From NCBI GenBank assembly GCA_964433995.1, contig CAYSTH010000001.1:1-61605 (forward strand): a DNA stretch of 61,605 bases, read 5' to 3'. Shown here piece after piece: positions 36,723 to 46,369 of this stretch. The notes under the pieces were generated by a model, which was not told the origin of the DNA, made no database searches, and saw only the letters and a list, made by a program, of their open reading frames with translations. Position numbers and translations under genes: made by a program. Origin of the DNA: an uncultured Francisellaceae bacterium. GTDB lineage: Bacteria; Pseudomonadota; Gammaproteobacteria; Berkiellales; Berkiellaceae. How positions within the stretch are numbered: the first letter of the stretch is position 1; each line of letters begins with the position of its first letter.

Positions 36723-38774
36723 TTATTCAACTTTGTCAGAATATAGAAAACATTTCACTACTTGCTTAGGCAAATTATAAATAGGTGGATAAATTTCTTT
36801 GCAAATAGGCATGACATGCGGACACCTAGGGTGAAAATGGCAGCCTCGTGGTGGCATGACATTAGAAGGAATTTCACCTGTTGGAGCATGAACCTTTTTA
36901 GGCCCTTCTAAACTTGGTACAGAAGCCAACAAAGCTTGCGTGTAGGGGTGTTTGGGGCTTTTTAAGATGGCTTCAGCAGGCCCCTGTTCGATAATTCGGC
37001 CCAAATACATCACCGCGATGGTATCTGCAAGATAAGAAACCACCGATATATTATGGGTAATAAACAAAAAGCTAATATTAAATTCATTCTGTAATGCCTG
37101 AAATAAATTTAATAACTGTGCTTGTACTGACACATCTAAGCTACTTGTGGGTTCATCACAAATAATAAATTTTGCACCAAGTGCTAATACCCTTGCGATG
37201 CAAATACGTTGCCTCTGACCACCCGAAAATTCATGCGGAAAACGATGCTTCATGTTTTTATTCAAGCCCACTTGCTCTAGCAATGCATCGATTCGCTCTT
37301 GTCGCTCGGCTGAATTTGTCCCTACTTTTAAAGCTATCATGCCTTCTTCTAAAATATCGGACACTCTCATACGCGGATCCATAGAAGAATAAGGATCTTG
37401 AAAAATCATTTGACAATCACTGCGCATTTTATGCAGTGTCCAAGGAAACACGCGTGTTAAATCCTTGCCCATGTAAATAACATTGCCATAAGAAGGTTTG
37501 ATGAGCTGCAAAATGGCTTTTCCTACTGTTGATTTTCCACACCCCGATTCGCCTACTAAAGCAACCGTTTCGCCTTCATGTATGGATAAACTGACCCCAT
37601 CTACTGCTTTAACATAACCTACTGTTCTTTTAAAAATGCCTTTTTGAATAGGGAAGAACACTTTTAAATGGTTAATATCAACCAAATTTACTTTTTCTTC
37701 TATATGATGCTCGTGATCCATTTCTTCAAAAATATGGTGCACAATTTCTTTTTTGCCCATTAAGCTCTGGGCAGTTTGTTGAACTGAATTTTTTAAATAT
37801 TCAGGTTGGTAATGCAAACAGCGAACTAAGCCACTTGCCATGTTTTGATAGGGATATAAATTAGGTAGCTGTTGCCCACAACGTTCTATTGCGACTTCAC
37901 AACGTCCATAAAACCGACACAGTTTAAATTCTTGGTTTAAACTGGGCACCTGCCCTGGGATAACCGACAAAGGTGCTCTTTTAACCGATCTTTCAGGCAA
38001 GGCTTTAAATAATTTTTGTGCATAAGGGTGCTTGGGAGAAAAAAAGAACTCTTTGGTTGATGCTTGTTCAACCATATGACCGGCATACATCACATGAATC
38101 ACATCGGCAAGCTCTCTTACCACGCCTAAATCATGGCTAATTAAAATAAGGGCCATTTTGTTTTTTTTAATAATGATTTTGAGTAACTCGATAATTTGAG
38201 CTTGCGTGGTGACGTCTAATGCCGTCGTTGGTTCATCTGCTATTAAAATACTAGGTGATTTGGCCAATGCCATGGCTATCATCACCCTTTGTTTTTGTCC
38301 GCCTGAAATCTGATGTGGATATTTTTTTAACATTAATTCGGGTTCTGAAATTAAGACATCTTTTAATAATTCAATTGCTTTATCACGATATTGTGCTTTA
38401 GATAATTTTTCTGAAATTGCCTCTATGATTTGTTCCCCAATAGTGAGCACAGGGTTCAGTGCCACTTGCGGATCTTGAAATATCATCGCGATATCATGAC
38501 GCCTAATGGTATGCATTTGTCTTTCGGAGTAATGTAATAAATTTTGACCTTTAAATTTAATTTCGGATTGCAAATCAATTCTGGCTTGGAGGGGTAATAA
38601 TCTTAATATCGACATCGCCGTAATAGACTTACCTGAGCCCGATTCTCCTACAATTGCCATAGTTTGAGTTTCGTGTAAAGTAAATGAAACCGTATTCACC
38701 GCTCTAATATAATCTGATTCTGTTTGAATATAAATTTTAAGATTATTGACTTCTAAAATAGGGTATTGACTCAT
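36723..38774 (-). CDS. yejF: Peptide ABC transporter, fused double ATPase (YejF-like)
   Basis: 683-aa ORF with two ABC cassettes (GESGSGKS / GESGCGKST, ISGGQKQRV / FSGGQRQRI) and Cys-rich oligopeptide-transporter C-terminal segments after each. Confidence 0.8.
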   Translation of the reverse strand: MSQYPILEVNNLKIYIQTESDYIRAVNTVSFTLHETQTMAIVGESGSGKSITAMSILRLLPLQARIDLQSEIKFKGQNLLHYSERQMHTIRRHDIAMIFQDPQVALNPVLTIGEQIIEAISEKLSKAQYRDKAIELLKDVLISEPELMLKKYPHQISGGQKQRVMIAMALAKSPSILIADEPTTALDVTTQAQIIELLKIIIKKNKMALILISHDLGVVRELADVIHVMYAGHMVEQASTKEFFFSPKHPYAQKLFKALPERSVKRAPLSVIPGQVPSLNQEFKLCRFYGRCEVAIERCGQQLPNLYPYQNMASGLVRCLHYQPEYLKNSVQQTAQSLMGKKEIVHHIFEEMDHEHHIEEKVNLVDINHLKVFFPIQKGIFKRTVGYVKAVDGVSLSIHEGETVALVGESGCGKSTVGKAILQLIKPSYGNVIYMGKDLTRVFPWTLHKMRSDCQMIFQDPYSSMDPRMRVSDILEEGMIALKVGTNSAERQERIDALLEQVGLNKNMKHRFPHEFSGGQRQRICIARVLALGAKFIICDEPTSSLDVSVQAQLLNLFQALQNEFNISFLFITHNISVVSYLADTIAVMYLGRIIEQGPAEAILKSPKHPYTQALLASVPSLEGPKKVHAPTGEIPSNVMPPRGCHFHPRCPHVMPICKEIYPPIYNLPKQVVKCFLYSDKVE

Positions 38775-40183
38775 TATTTTTGATCTCGCATTCTTGGATC
38801 AAAGGCATCTCTTAAGCTATCTGCAAAAATATTAGCAGACAGCACTAATGTGAACATAAAGATAAATGCCGCTGTTAAAGACCACCATACAACTGGAATA
38901 CGCGACATTTCTAAACGTGCGCCATTAATCATGCTGCCCCAACTATATGATGCCGGATCGACTCCCACACCCATATAAGATAATACCGCCTCAGCCAGTA
39001 CCAGGCCTGAAAAATCTAACGCGATAGAAATTAAAATAATATGCGACATATTAGGCAATAAATGTTTTAACATAATTTTAAAATGAGATACACCCAAACT
39101 TCTGGCCGCCAGCACATAATCTATTTCTCTTAGTTTTAATGCTTCGGCTCTGAGTAATCGACAAAGGCCCGTCCAGCTAGTGACCCCCAAAATAACACAC
39201 AATGCTAATAACCTTGCATCACTTCTTTCTGCCATTGAACGAAACCAATCGCTATGGCTTGCCATCAACACTTGCAAGCTTAAAACACTTGCTGCAATTA
39301 ACAATACACCTGGGATTGAGCTGAGAGTGGTATATAAATACTGAATAATATCATCAATCCATCCACGTAAATAGCCTGCCAAAATGCCTAAAAATATGGC
39401 AAAAGGCAGCATCACTAAAGTCGTTAAAGTGCCAATTAATACCCCTGTTCTGATACTTTTTATGGCTTCGTATAATACATCTTCACCTATTTTAGACGTG
39501 CCTAAAATATGATAATTAGGCAGTGACAAAGCAACAAAAGAAATAATAAACAAAATAAAGCATAATGTTGCCAAAAAAGTTTTTTGAGGAAAAACAGATT
39601 TATTTTTTGGTTTTTTGCTTATTTTATGAGCAATCCATTTAGGGGTGGAAAATAATAGGGTTAAAAATATCCCCATTACTGATGCTAAGCCTAGTTTTCT
39701 TAATATATCCCCTGTTTTCTCACTCTCATTTTTTAAATGATATCCTGAATACAATAATCTAGGGTAATCTCTTAACACTTCTCCATTTTTAGTGATATTT
39801 TCTTTATTAAAACCATACAATGCAAATGGTGCAGAATAAGAAACTTCTTGATGCTCGATGGCATCTTTAAGAAGAAGATCTAATAAACTCTTACTTTGTC
39901 CTGTACCGTATGTATTAGGATAATTTTTTGCCATAGGATGATTGGGTAATATTTCAACATGAATAGAATCGATGGTCGCAATTAAAATAAATAAACTTAA
40001 CAACATCATCACAACAATGTTTAAAGGACGTTGAATCACTTTTTTCCAAGGTTCTAACATGGTAGGATTGCGACGAATACTAAAGAAAAAACTCATTACC
40101 ATAAAGATTAACAAATACAATAAAATATCTGTCCATAATGGCACAATTTTTAAATAAGATAAGTCATTAAAAAAATCAATCAT
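38774..40183 (-). CDS. yejE: Peptide ABC transporter permease (YejE-like)
   Basis: 469-aa polytopic ORF with a BPD-transporter core and an N-terminal extension. Its stop and start abut yejF and yejB. Confidence 0.75.
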   Translation of the reverse strand: MIDFFNDLSYLKIVPLWTDILLYLLIFMVMSFFFSIRRNPTMLEPWKKVIQRPLNIVVMMLLSLFILIATIDSIHVEILPNHPMAKNYPNTYGTGQSKSLLDLLLKDAIEHQEVSYSAPFALYGFNKENITKNGEVLRDYPRLLYSGYHLKNESEKTGDILRKLGLASVMGIFLTLLFSTPKWIAHKISKKPKNKSVFPQKTFLATLCFILFIISFVALSLPNYHILGTSKIGEDVLYEAIKSIRTGVLIGTLTTLVMLPFAIFLGILAGYLRGWIDDIIQYLYTTLSSIPGVLLIAASVLSLQVLMASHSDWFRSMAERSDARLLALCVILGVTSWTGLCRLLRAEALKLREIDYVLAARSLGVSHFKIMLKHLLPNMSHIILISIALDFSGLVLAEAVLSYMGVGVDPASYSWGSMINGARLEMSRIPVVWWSLTAAFIFMFTLVLSANIFADSLRDAFDPRMRDQK

Positions 40184-41156
40184 TCAATTTTACTCTAGGA
40201 TCTACCAAGGTATAAGAAACATCTGTTAAGATTAAACCAATAATATATAAAACTGATCCTAAAAATACCATGGCCCTAACAATGGCAAAATCTTGTTGTT
40301 CAATAGCATCTATTGTGTAACTTCCTAATCCAGGTATACCAAAAAAAGATTCGGTTAATAAACTTCCTAAAAATAATAAAGGTAGCAATACGACAACCCC
40401 CGTTAAAATAGGAATTAAAGCATTTCTTAAAACATGCTTAAATAAAACGTACATTTCTGAAAAGCCTTTAGATAAGGCCGTTTTAACATAATCTTTGTTC
40501 ACTTCTTCTAAAAACAAAGTGCGATACCATCTTGCTCCAGAGCCTAATCCACCTATCACGCCTATTAAAACAGGCAAAATCAAAAATTTAATTAAACTCC
40601 ACCCGGCTTCATAACCTGAGACAGGAACTAATTTTAATACTTTAGCCAATACATATTGTCCACCAATAATATAAAATAAAGCAGAAATAGACATCATCAT
40701 GACACAAATAATCACACCCGTGGTATCAATATAAGTGCCTCTAAAAAAAACAAATAACAACGCAACGGTGATATCGACTAACAACCCAAGCAATAAAGCG
40801 GGTATGGCAATCGCTAATGAAGGCAACATACGTTGCTTTATATCATAACTAATATCTTGACCTGCATCGCTAGAACCAAATTCAAAAGCAAATAATTTAA
40901 TGGATTTTTGATAAAAAATAGTTTGTTTAAATTGTGCTATGCCTTCTTTTTGCTCATTAACAAATAAAGGTAAATTATAGCCGTGGGCTTTTTTCCAATT
41001 TTCGACTGCAGTTTGCGTCACATATTTTTGACCCAAATGAATTCTGGCAATATCATCGGGGGTGTTCACAATAAAAAATAAAGAGAACGTAAGAATATTT
41101 ACCCCAATTAAAATAGGAATAGCATAAAAAATTCGCCTAATGATATATGCTAACAT
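40176..41156 (-). CDS. yejB: Peptide ABC transporter permease (YejB-like)
   Basis: 326-aa ORF with an MLAYIIRRI.. start typical of DppB/OppB/YejB-type permeases. Confidence 0.75.
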   Translation of the reverse strand: MLAYIIRRIFYAIPILIGVNILTFSLFFIVNTPDDIARIHLGQKYVTQTAVENWKKAHGYNLPLFVNEQKEGIAQFKQTIFYQKSIKLFAFEFGSSDAGQDISYDIKQRMLPSLAIAIPALLLGLLVDITVALLFVFFRGTYIDTTGVIICVMMMSISALFYIIGGQYVLAKVLKLVPVSGYEAGWSLIKFLILPVLIGVIGGLGSGARWYRTLFLEEVNKDYVKTALSKGFSEMYVLFKHVLRNALIPILTGVVVLLPLLFLGSLLTESFFGIPGLGSYTIDAIEQQDFAIVRAMVFLGSVLYIIGLILTDVSYTLVDPRVKLND

Positions 41157-41204
41157 GTCACTCTTTTTTTCCTTGTTTTGTTACTCATTCACATTCCCCC
41201 GTTA

Positions 41205-41375
41205 ACCATTTTTTCTCATTTTAAGTACGGTATTTTATAAAGTTGGTAGGCGCTCTAAAATCCCCTCTACCAAAGCGAGCATGTTTTTTACCCTCATCCG
41301 GCCTTTCAGGCCACCTTCTCCCGCTACCACTCGCTAACGCTCCTTGCGGTAGAAGGGATAAAGCCACATCGTGCT
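41205..41375. repeat. GC-rich composite repeat (short copy) inside the yejA-yejB intergenic region
   Basis: Its reverse complement matches the ends of the element at ~46010-46290. Shared segments are ggctttRtcccttctaccgYaaggagc, gcgagtggYWRcgggagaaggtggcc.gaaggccgga and gctcgctttggtagagggga. Boundaries are approximate. Confidence 0.75.
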
Positions 41376-41404
41376 ACACTTTTATCAAATCTCAAATACA
41401 AACC

Positions 41405-43576
41405 TCATAACGTATATCGTCTTAAGGGTAAAAGCTGTTTTTTTCTATACATAAACCATGCAGGTAAACAACACCCTACTAATCCCATAAAGATTACCCC
41501 CAATGGCCAAAAATGAGCAGGGTTCCATTCTATTCTTTTTTCTGCCCTTAATATGGGATCGATTTTAATATATTTAATATTATTATGAGACATAGCGTTC
41601 GGTTTGCTAGGATATAACCACTGATGACTTAAAGCATACGATTTTGGGTGTAATCCCCAAATCCAGGGGGCATCTTCTCTGGCAATATCTAACATTTCAC
41701 CGAGTATTTTGGCACGCTCCTCACCATCGGGTAAATTACGCATTTTTTCATAAAGTGTATTGTAAGTAGGATTATCATAATTAGCAGGATTTTCACCACC
41801 TGACTTTACTTTGCCATTAGGGCCATAAAGTAAAAATAGAAAGTTTTCAGGATCGGGGTAATCAGCATTCCATCCCCAAAAAAATAACTGTGCATCACCC
41901 GTACGCATTTTATCTTGAAAGCGATTATATTGTGTGGCTCTTACAATAAGATCAATGCCTAATTTCGAAAATTGTTTACGAATCCATTCAAATTGTGCTT
42001 TGGTATCAGGGCCAGCGCCTTGCACTGCATCATAATACAAAATTAATGGTTTTCCAGTATTTTTATCCACTCCATGAGGATACCCTGCTTCTGATAATAA
42101 AGCTTTTGCCTCGCTTATGGGTTTTCTTTTTTTGTTTTGATCATACACAATAGGGTTTAAGTTAAGATTATTTGGAATAGATTGTGACATGCCGGGAGGT
42201 AATAAACTTTGTGCCGCCAAGCCTCTGCCATTTAAAAAAATAGTGATGTATTCTTCTATATCCATTGCTATAGAAATTGCTTGTCTTAATTTTTTATTTT
42301 TTTCACTATATCCACCCACAACTGGATCTAGCATATTGAATCCCCAATAAAATGTCGAGGGCAATATATCGGTTGTTAACTTGATTTTCTTTTCTAACAT
42401 AGGTTCAGTGAGTTGTAAGCCGCCTGCCGTACCATTCGCTTGAAATGCCTGATCAAAACTATCACTGCTTACACCAGAACTATCATAGTAACCTTGTAAA
42501 AATTTATTCCAATAAGGAATATCTTCTTTTTCTAAAATAAATTCTACTCTATCTAAAAAGGGTAAATTTTTCCCCATCAAGTCTTTAAACTCTATTTCTT
42601 CGCCTTGAGGATATTGTATTTTTCTAAATAATTTATTACGTTGTAACACCATTTGTGAATTGGGATCGTTTTTATCAAGATAATAAGGGCCTGTGCCAAC
42701 TGGAAACCAATCTAAGGTAATATCTTTTTCTACCATCGTTGGGTGACTATAAAATTTGATTGCTTCCCAAGGCATAGGGGCGAAAAATGGCATCGCAAGC
42801 CAATAAATAAATTGGGGATACTCGCCATTTATTGTGATGCTATAGGTATATTTATCTATTACTTTTGCACCTAAAATATCTATTTTATTTAAATCAACAT
42901 AAACAGGATGTTCTAAAGTTGCATTGACTTCGCTATATTTTTTTTGCAAAGTTTCGGATAATTCACCTAAACCAAGAATATGTTGCTGCATTAAGCCTAA
43001 AATTGGCGATTTTACTAAAGGATCGGCTAAACGTTTTATTTGAAAAACAAAATCTTCTGCTACTACTTCACGAGTACCTGCATTAGGAAAATCATTTAAA
43101 CTATCTAATTTTTCTACCCAATTATTGTTTAATTCATGATAAACATATTGATTTTTTTCCTGGTAGAAACAAGGATGCATTTGATAAAAAATATGCGGTC
43201 TAATTTTAATTTGATATTGTGTATAAACAATATGATTTTTATTTTCAGTCTGATTAAAATCTTTATCTAAATAAACGACTTTGGGCATTTGCTCAGCGAC
43301 TAAAGGCTCGAGTGTATAAGGCCTTTTAAAATAGTGATACTGGAGCGGCGGTTCATAAATTTGATTTAATATTACCCATTCATTGCTTGAATAAGAAACC
43401 GCTGGATCTAAATGTTTGGGACGTTCTGAAAACGAACTATAAAATGTATTTGCTTTAGGATCATCACTAGGATAAGGATCGTTCCACGGTTTATCCGAAC
43501 ACGAACATAAGCATCCTACCCCTATCAACATCAAATATTTTTTAAGTCGTTGTAACATCCGTTGTTTTATATCCAA
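41405..43576 (-). CDS. yejA: Peptide ABC transporter substrate-binding protein (family 5, YejA-like) with a C-terminal hydrophobic segment
   Basis: 723-aa ORF with an N-terminal signal/lipobox-like LIGVGCLCSC and an SBP_bac_5-type body. The C-terminal hydrophobic stretch FWPLGVIFMGLVGCCLPAWFMY is followed by basic residues. Confidence 0.7.
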   Translation of the reverse strand: MDIKQRMLQRLKKYLMLIGVGCLCSCSDKPWNDPYPSDDPKANTFYSSFSERPKHLDPAVSYSSNEWVILNQIYEPPLQYHYFKRPYTLEPLVAEQMPKVVYLDKDFNQTENKNHIVYTQYQIKIRPHIFYQMHPCFYQEKNQYVYHELNNNWVEKLDSLNDFPNAGTREVVAEDFVFQIKRLADPLVKSPILGLMQQHILGLGELSETLQKKYSEVNATLEHPVYVDLNKIDILGAKVIDKYTYSITINGEYPQFIYWLAMPFFAPMPWEAIKFYSHPTMVEKDITLDWFPVGTGPYYLDKNDPNSQMVLQRNKLFRKIQYPQGEEIEFKDLMGKNLPFLDRVEFILEKEDIPYWNKFLQGYYDSSGVSSDSFDQAFQANGTAGGLQLTEPMLEKKIKLTTDILPSTFYWGFNMLDPVVGGYSEKNKKLRQAISIAMDIEEYITIFLNGRGLAAQSLLPPGMSQSIPNNLNLNPIVYDQNKKRKPISEAKALLSEAGYPHGVDKNTGKPLILYYDAVQGAGPDTKAQFEWIRKQFSKLGIDLIVRATQYNRFQDKMRTGDAQLFFWGWNADYPDPENFLFLLYGPNGKVKSGGENPANYDNPTYNTLYEKMRNLPDGEERAKILGEMLDIAREDAPWIWGLHPKSYALSHQWLYPSKPNAMSHNNIKYIKIDPILRAEKRIEWNPAHFWPLGVIFMGLVGCCLPAWFMYRKKQLLPLRRYTL

Positions 43577-43729
43577 TATAAAATATTTGTTAGTAAACTT
43601 ATGTAAACTTTGATTAAGTTATCGTCCTACTACTCCATTTCCCCTGATTAGATTTAGGTATAGAATAGCAACCTAATTTAGTGTAGCTAAAGTATCGCTT
43701 ATAAATAGCCAAAATGAGGATCAAATACC

Positions 43730-44554
43730 ATGAGTGGATTATTAAAAGGCAAAAGAGTCCTAATTACGGGTTTAATCAGCAATAAATCTATAGCATATGG
43801 CATCGCTGAAGCCATGAAAGCTCAAGGTGCAGAACTCGCATTTACCTATCAAACTGACAAATTTTCGGACCGAGTTACTAAAATGGCTCAAGAGTTTGGC
43901 TCCGATCTCGTCTTCCAATGTGATGTCAGTTCTGATGAACAAATTGATAACTTATTTACTTCTCTAAAAGCAAAATGGGACTATTTAGATGTGCTGATCC
44001 ACTCTATTGCCTTTGCTCCAGGTGATCAATTAGAAGGTAATTTTGTCGATGTGGTGAACAGACAAGGTTTTGCCATTGCACACGATGTAAGTGCCTATAG
44101 CTTTTGTGCTTTAGCAAAAGCAGCTTACCCTATGATGAAAGACCGCGCAGGCGCCATGTTAACCTTATCTTATTTGGGTGCTGAACGCGCTATTCCTAAT
44201 TACAATGTCATGGGCTTAGCAAAAGCCAGCTTAGAAGCGTCTGTACGCTATTTAGCCAGCAGCCTAGGTTCTATGGGTATTCGTGTGAACGGCATTTCTG
44301 CAGGCCCTATTCGTACTTTAGCGGCTTCGGGTATTAAAGATTTAAGAAAAATGCTTTCTACTAACGCCAAAGTCACCCCTTTGCGTAAAAATGTTGATGC
44401 CATTGAAGTAGGTAATGCTGCTGCATTTTTATGCTCTGATTTAGCTTCAGGTATCACGGGCGAAATTATTCACGTCGATGCGGGCTACAGCAACATAGGC
44501 ATGAGTGAATTAGTCGCACTTTCAGAAACAACAAGCAGTGATACAGAAGCATAA
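43730..44554 (+). CDS. fabI: Enoyl-ACP reductase (NADH) FabI
   Basis: 274-aa ORF with [22 protein letters not shown] and [23 protein letters not shown] (Tyr/Lys catalytic pair). Confidence 0.92.
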   Translation: MSGLLKGKRVLITGLISNKSIAYGIAEAMKAQGAELAFTYQTDKFSDRVTKMAQEFGSDLVFQCDVSSDEQIDNLFTSLKAKWDYLDVLIHSIAFAPGDQLEGNFVDVVNRQGFAIAHDVSAYSFCALAKAAYPMMKDRAGAMLTLSYLGAERAIPNYNVMGLAKASLEASVRYLASSLGSMGIRVNGISAGPIRTLAASGIKDLRKMLSTNAKVTPLRKNVDAIEVGNAAAFLCSDLASGITGEIIHVDAGYSNIGMSELVALSETTSSDTEA

Positions 44555-44583
44555 TAAAAAAATATAAACACAAGGAAAATTAA

Positions 44584-45372
44584 ATGGATCTTGATCATAG
44601 TGAAGACATAAAGGCACGTGGCACTGATAGATTTCAGAAACAAATACGTGCCGAAAAAATAGAGCCTATCAAAATCTCTAAAAGACTAGATAAGGCTCTG
44701 AATCAGACTAAATACCGAAATACTGCGGCTAAAGAAGATACGGTTAAATATGATATAGCTGAAGGTCTTTCTGAAAAATTACATCATCTAACTTTAGAAG
44801 AAGAATATCGTCTAGTAGAACAGCGTGACTTTGAATTATATGGTCCTTATTATGAACCGTCTGATGATAGTAGCTCACACTTCTCTTTTGGTTCTAGTTC
44901 TGGTGAAGAGGATGAATTCAGTGGCGACAATCGACCTCACACTCAAGAGTTCTCTGATTCTGAAGAAAGTTATTATTCTCAGGAAACGTCTTACTCTGGA
45001 GAATTATCAGATTCTTCAGACCACTTTGATGGTTTTTGCTTTAACTCCACTCTCAAAGATAAAATTGTTGAAGAAAAACAAAACCAAAAACCTTGTGATT
45101 TAACTGATGAAAAAAATGTGCATAAAAATAAAAGTCACAAAAGCTATCTTTCACATCAAAAAGATAAACAAGAGTTGGTTAACAAAAAAGTGTTAGCTTT
45201 TGCATTTAGTGGGGTACACCGAAAAGGCGGGCATCACAGTAGATTTGTATATAATATTGGCCGTGAAGAAAAGCGTATTTTGGATACTTATCAACAATCA
45301 ATAAACCCTATTGAGATTGCAGAACAACCAAAAGAACGTGCTCGAGATATCAATAAAAGATGTAAAAAATAA
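44584..45372 (+). CDS. Hypothetical acidic Ser/Glu/Asp-rich, likely disordered protein
   Basis: 262-aa ORF starting 30 nt after fabI. It has a central low-complexity block (EPSDDSSSHFSFGSSSGEEDEFSGD..SDSEESYYSQETSYSGELSDSSD) and a basic C-terminus, and is followed by a strong hairpin terminator. Confidence 0.6.
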   Translation: MDLDHSEDIKARGTDRFQKQIRAEKIEPIKISKRLDKALNQTKYRNTAAKEDTVKYDIAEGLSEKLHHLTLEEEYRLVEQRDFELYGPYYEPSDDSSSHFSFGSSSGEEDEFSGDNRPHTQEFSDSEESYYSQETSYSGELSDSSDHFDGFCFNSTLKDKIVEEKQNQKPCDLTDEKNVHKNKSHKSYLSHQKDKQELVNKKVLAFAFSGVHRKGGHHSRFVYNIGREEKRILDTYQQSINPIEIAEQPKERARDINKRCKK

Positions 45373-45387
45373 TCGTTTATCCCTATT

Positions 45388-45418
45388 CCGCCCATACTGT
45401 AAAATATGGGCGGTTTTT
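45388..45418 (+). terminator. Rho-independent terminator
   Basis: 9-bp stem ccgcccata/tatgggcgg with an 8-nt loop and a T-run, 16 nt after the stop at 45372. Confidence 0.8.
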
Positions 45419-45426
45419 AATTTTAT

Positions 45427-45470
45427 AAATCCCCCCGCCGCTTCGCGTCGCCCCCCTTTTTCAAAGTGGG
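45427..45470. repeat. Short copy of the aaatccccccg...ccccctttt..caaag.ggg GC-rich element
   Basis: It shares the aaatccccccg start and the ccccc(c)ttt..caaagNggg core with the longer element at 50790-50880. Confidence 0.55.
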
Positions 45471-45505
45471 TAAAAGTGAGTAAAGAGAGATTAGTAAAAA
45501 AATGA

Positions 45506-45844
45506 TTAATACAAAATGTTTGTTGTATTGGTCGTATAGCTCGCCAACCCGCTTAATCCCCCAATTAGCATAGATGCACCCATATTATGGGTTAAAGCAG
45601 GCATATTCTGCGTAAAACCGCCCCCTAACATGCCGCATGCAAGCCCTACCACTAAAGATGGATTTAACATTAAAGGCTGTGCGACAAAATTCAGCGTATT
45701 ACGTACTAACATACTTCCTAAAGCACCTGCAAAAGCACTGGCTGCAAAATCATAGGAGATTTTAGCGGCAAGCACAGTTAAGACTGCTTCCATGCCTAAA
45801 CCACCAGCCACTTGTGTTGAATCGTTTATTGAAATACTTTTCAT
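45506..45844 (-). CDS. Double-glycine-leader peptide precursor (class II microcin/bacteriocin-like), Gly-rich hydrophobic core
   Basis: 112-aa ORF with the leader MKSISINDSTQVAGG| and a ~97-aa hydrophobic core containing GxxxG-type motifs (GALGSML, GLACGMLGGG, LIGGLSGLA). Confidence 0.6.
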   Translation of the reverse strand: MKSISINDSTQVAGGLGMEAVLTVLAAKISYDFAASAFAGALGSMLVRNTLNFVAQPLMLNPSLVVGLACGMLGGGFTQNMPALTHNMGASMLIGGLSGLASYTTNTTNILY

Positions 45845-46009
45845 GATAATTGATGCCTTATATTAAAAATTAAAAGTAAATATTTAAAAAATATTGAGAG
45901 ATGATTATATAGAGCTGATTAACTTTATTTAATTTGTTAACTATGCCGGTAATCGATGGTAATCGACCGTTTATCGGGGGTTTTGTGCTACAAAGATACT
46001 CACTATTTG

Positions 46010-46290
46010 GCACAATATGGCTTTGTCCCTTCTACCGTAAGGAGCATAAGCGAGTGGCTACGGGAGAAGGTGGCCGAAGGCCGGACCTGCCAAGCCGAAG
46101 CTTTGAAGCGTAGGCTGGTGAGGGCAAAAAAATGATTTCACTTTTCCTCTGCCCTCACCCGTCTTGGCCGCTAACGCGATGGCCAATCCACCCTCTCCCA
46201 TGCGCTCGCTTGCTCGCTTTGGTAGAGGGGACTTTGATAGATCGTGCCAACTTTTGTAAAATACCCACTTAAGATGCGAGGGACTGTCAG
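46010..46290. repeat. GC-rich composite repeat (long copy)
   Basis: Same termini as the 41205-41375 element in inverted orientation, plus ~100 nt of extra internal GC-rich sequence. It accounts for the spurious ORF 46058-46306. Boundaries are approximate. Confidence 0.75.
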
Positions 46291-46369
46291 AGCGACAGGC
46301 TGACATGACATTTTTAAGATGTCACTCTGTAAAAAAAATTTTACAGTTTAAATCGAATACACAAAAATA

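Noticed and set aside
46058-46306. 82-aa minus-strand ORF (..SPLPKRASERMGEGG..GEGRGK..)
   Set aside because: It is encoded entirely by the GC-rich composite repeat. The same repeat occurs in the opposite orientation at 41.2-41.4 kb without an ORF. This is a typical repeat-derived pseudo-ORF.
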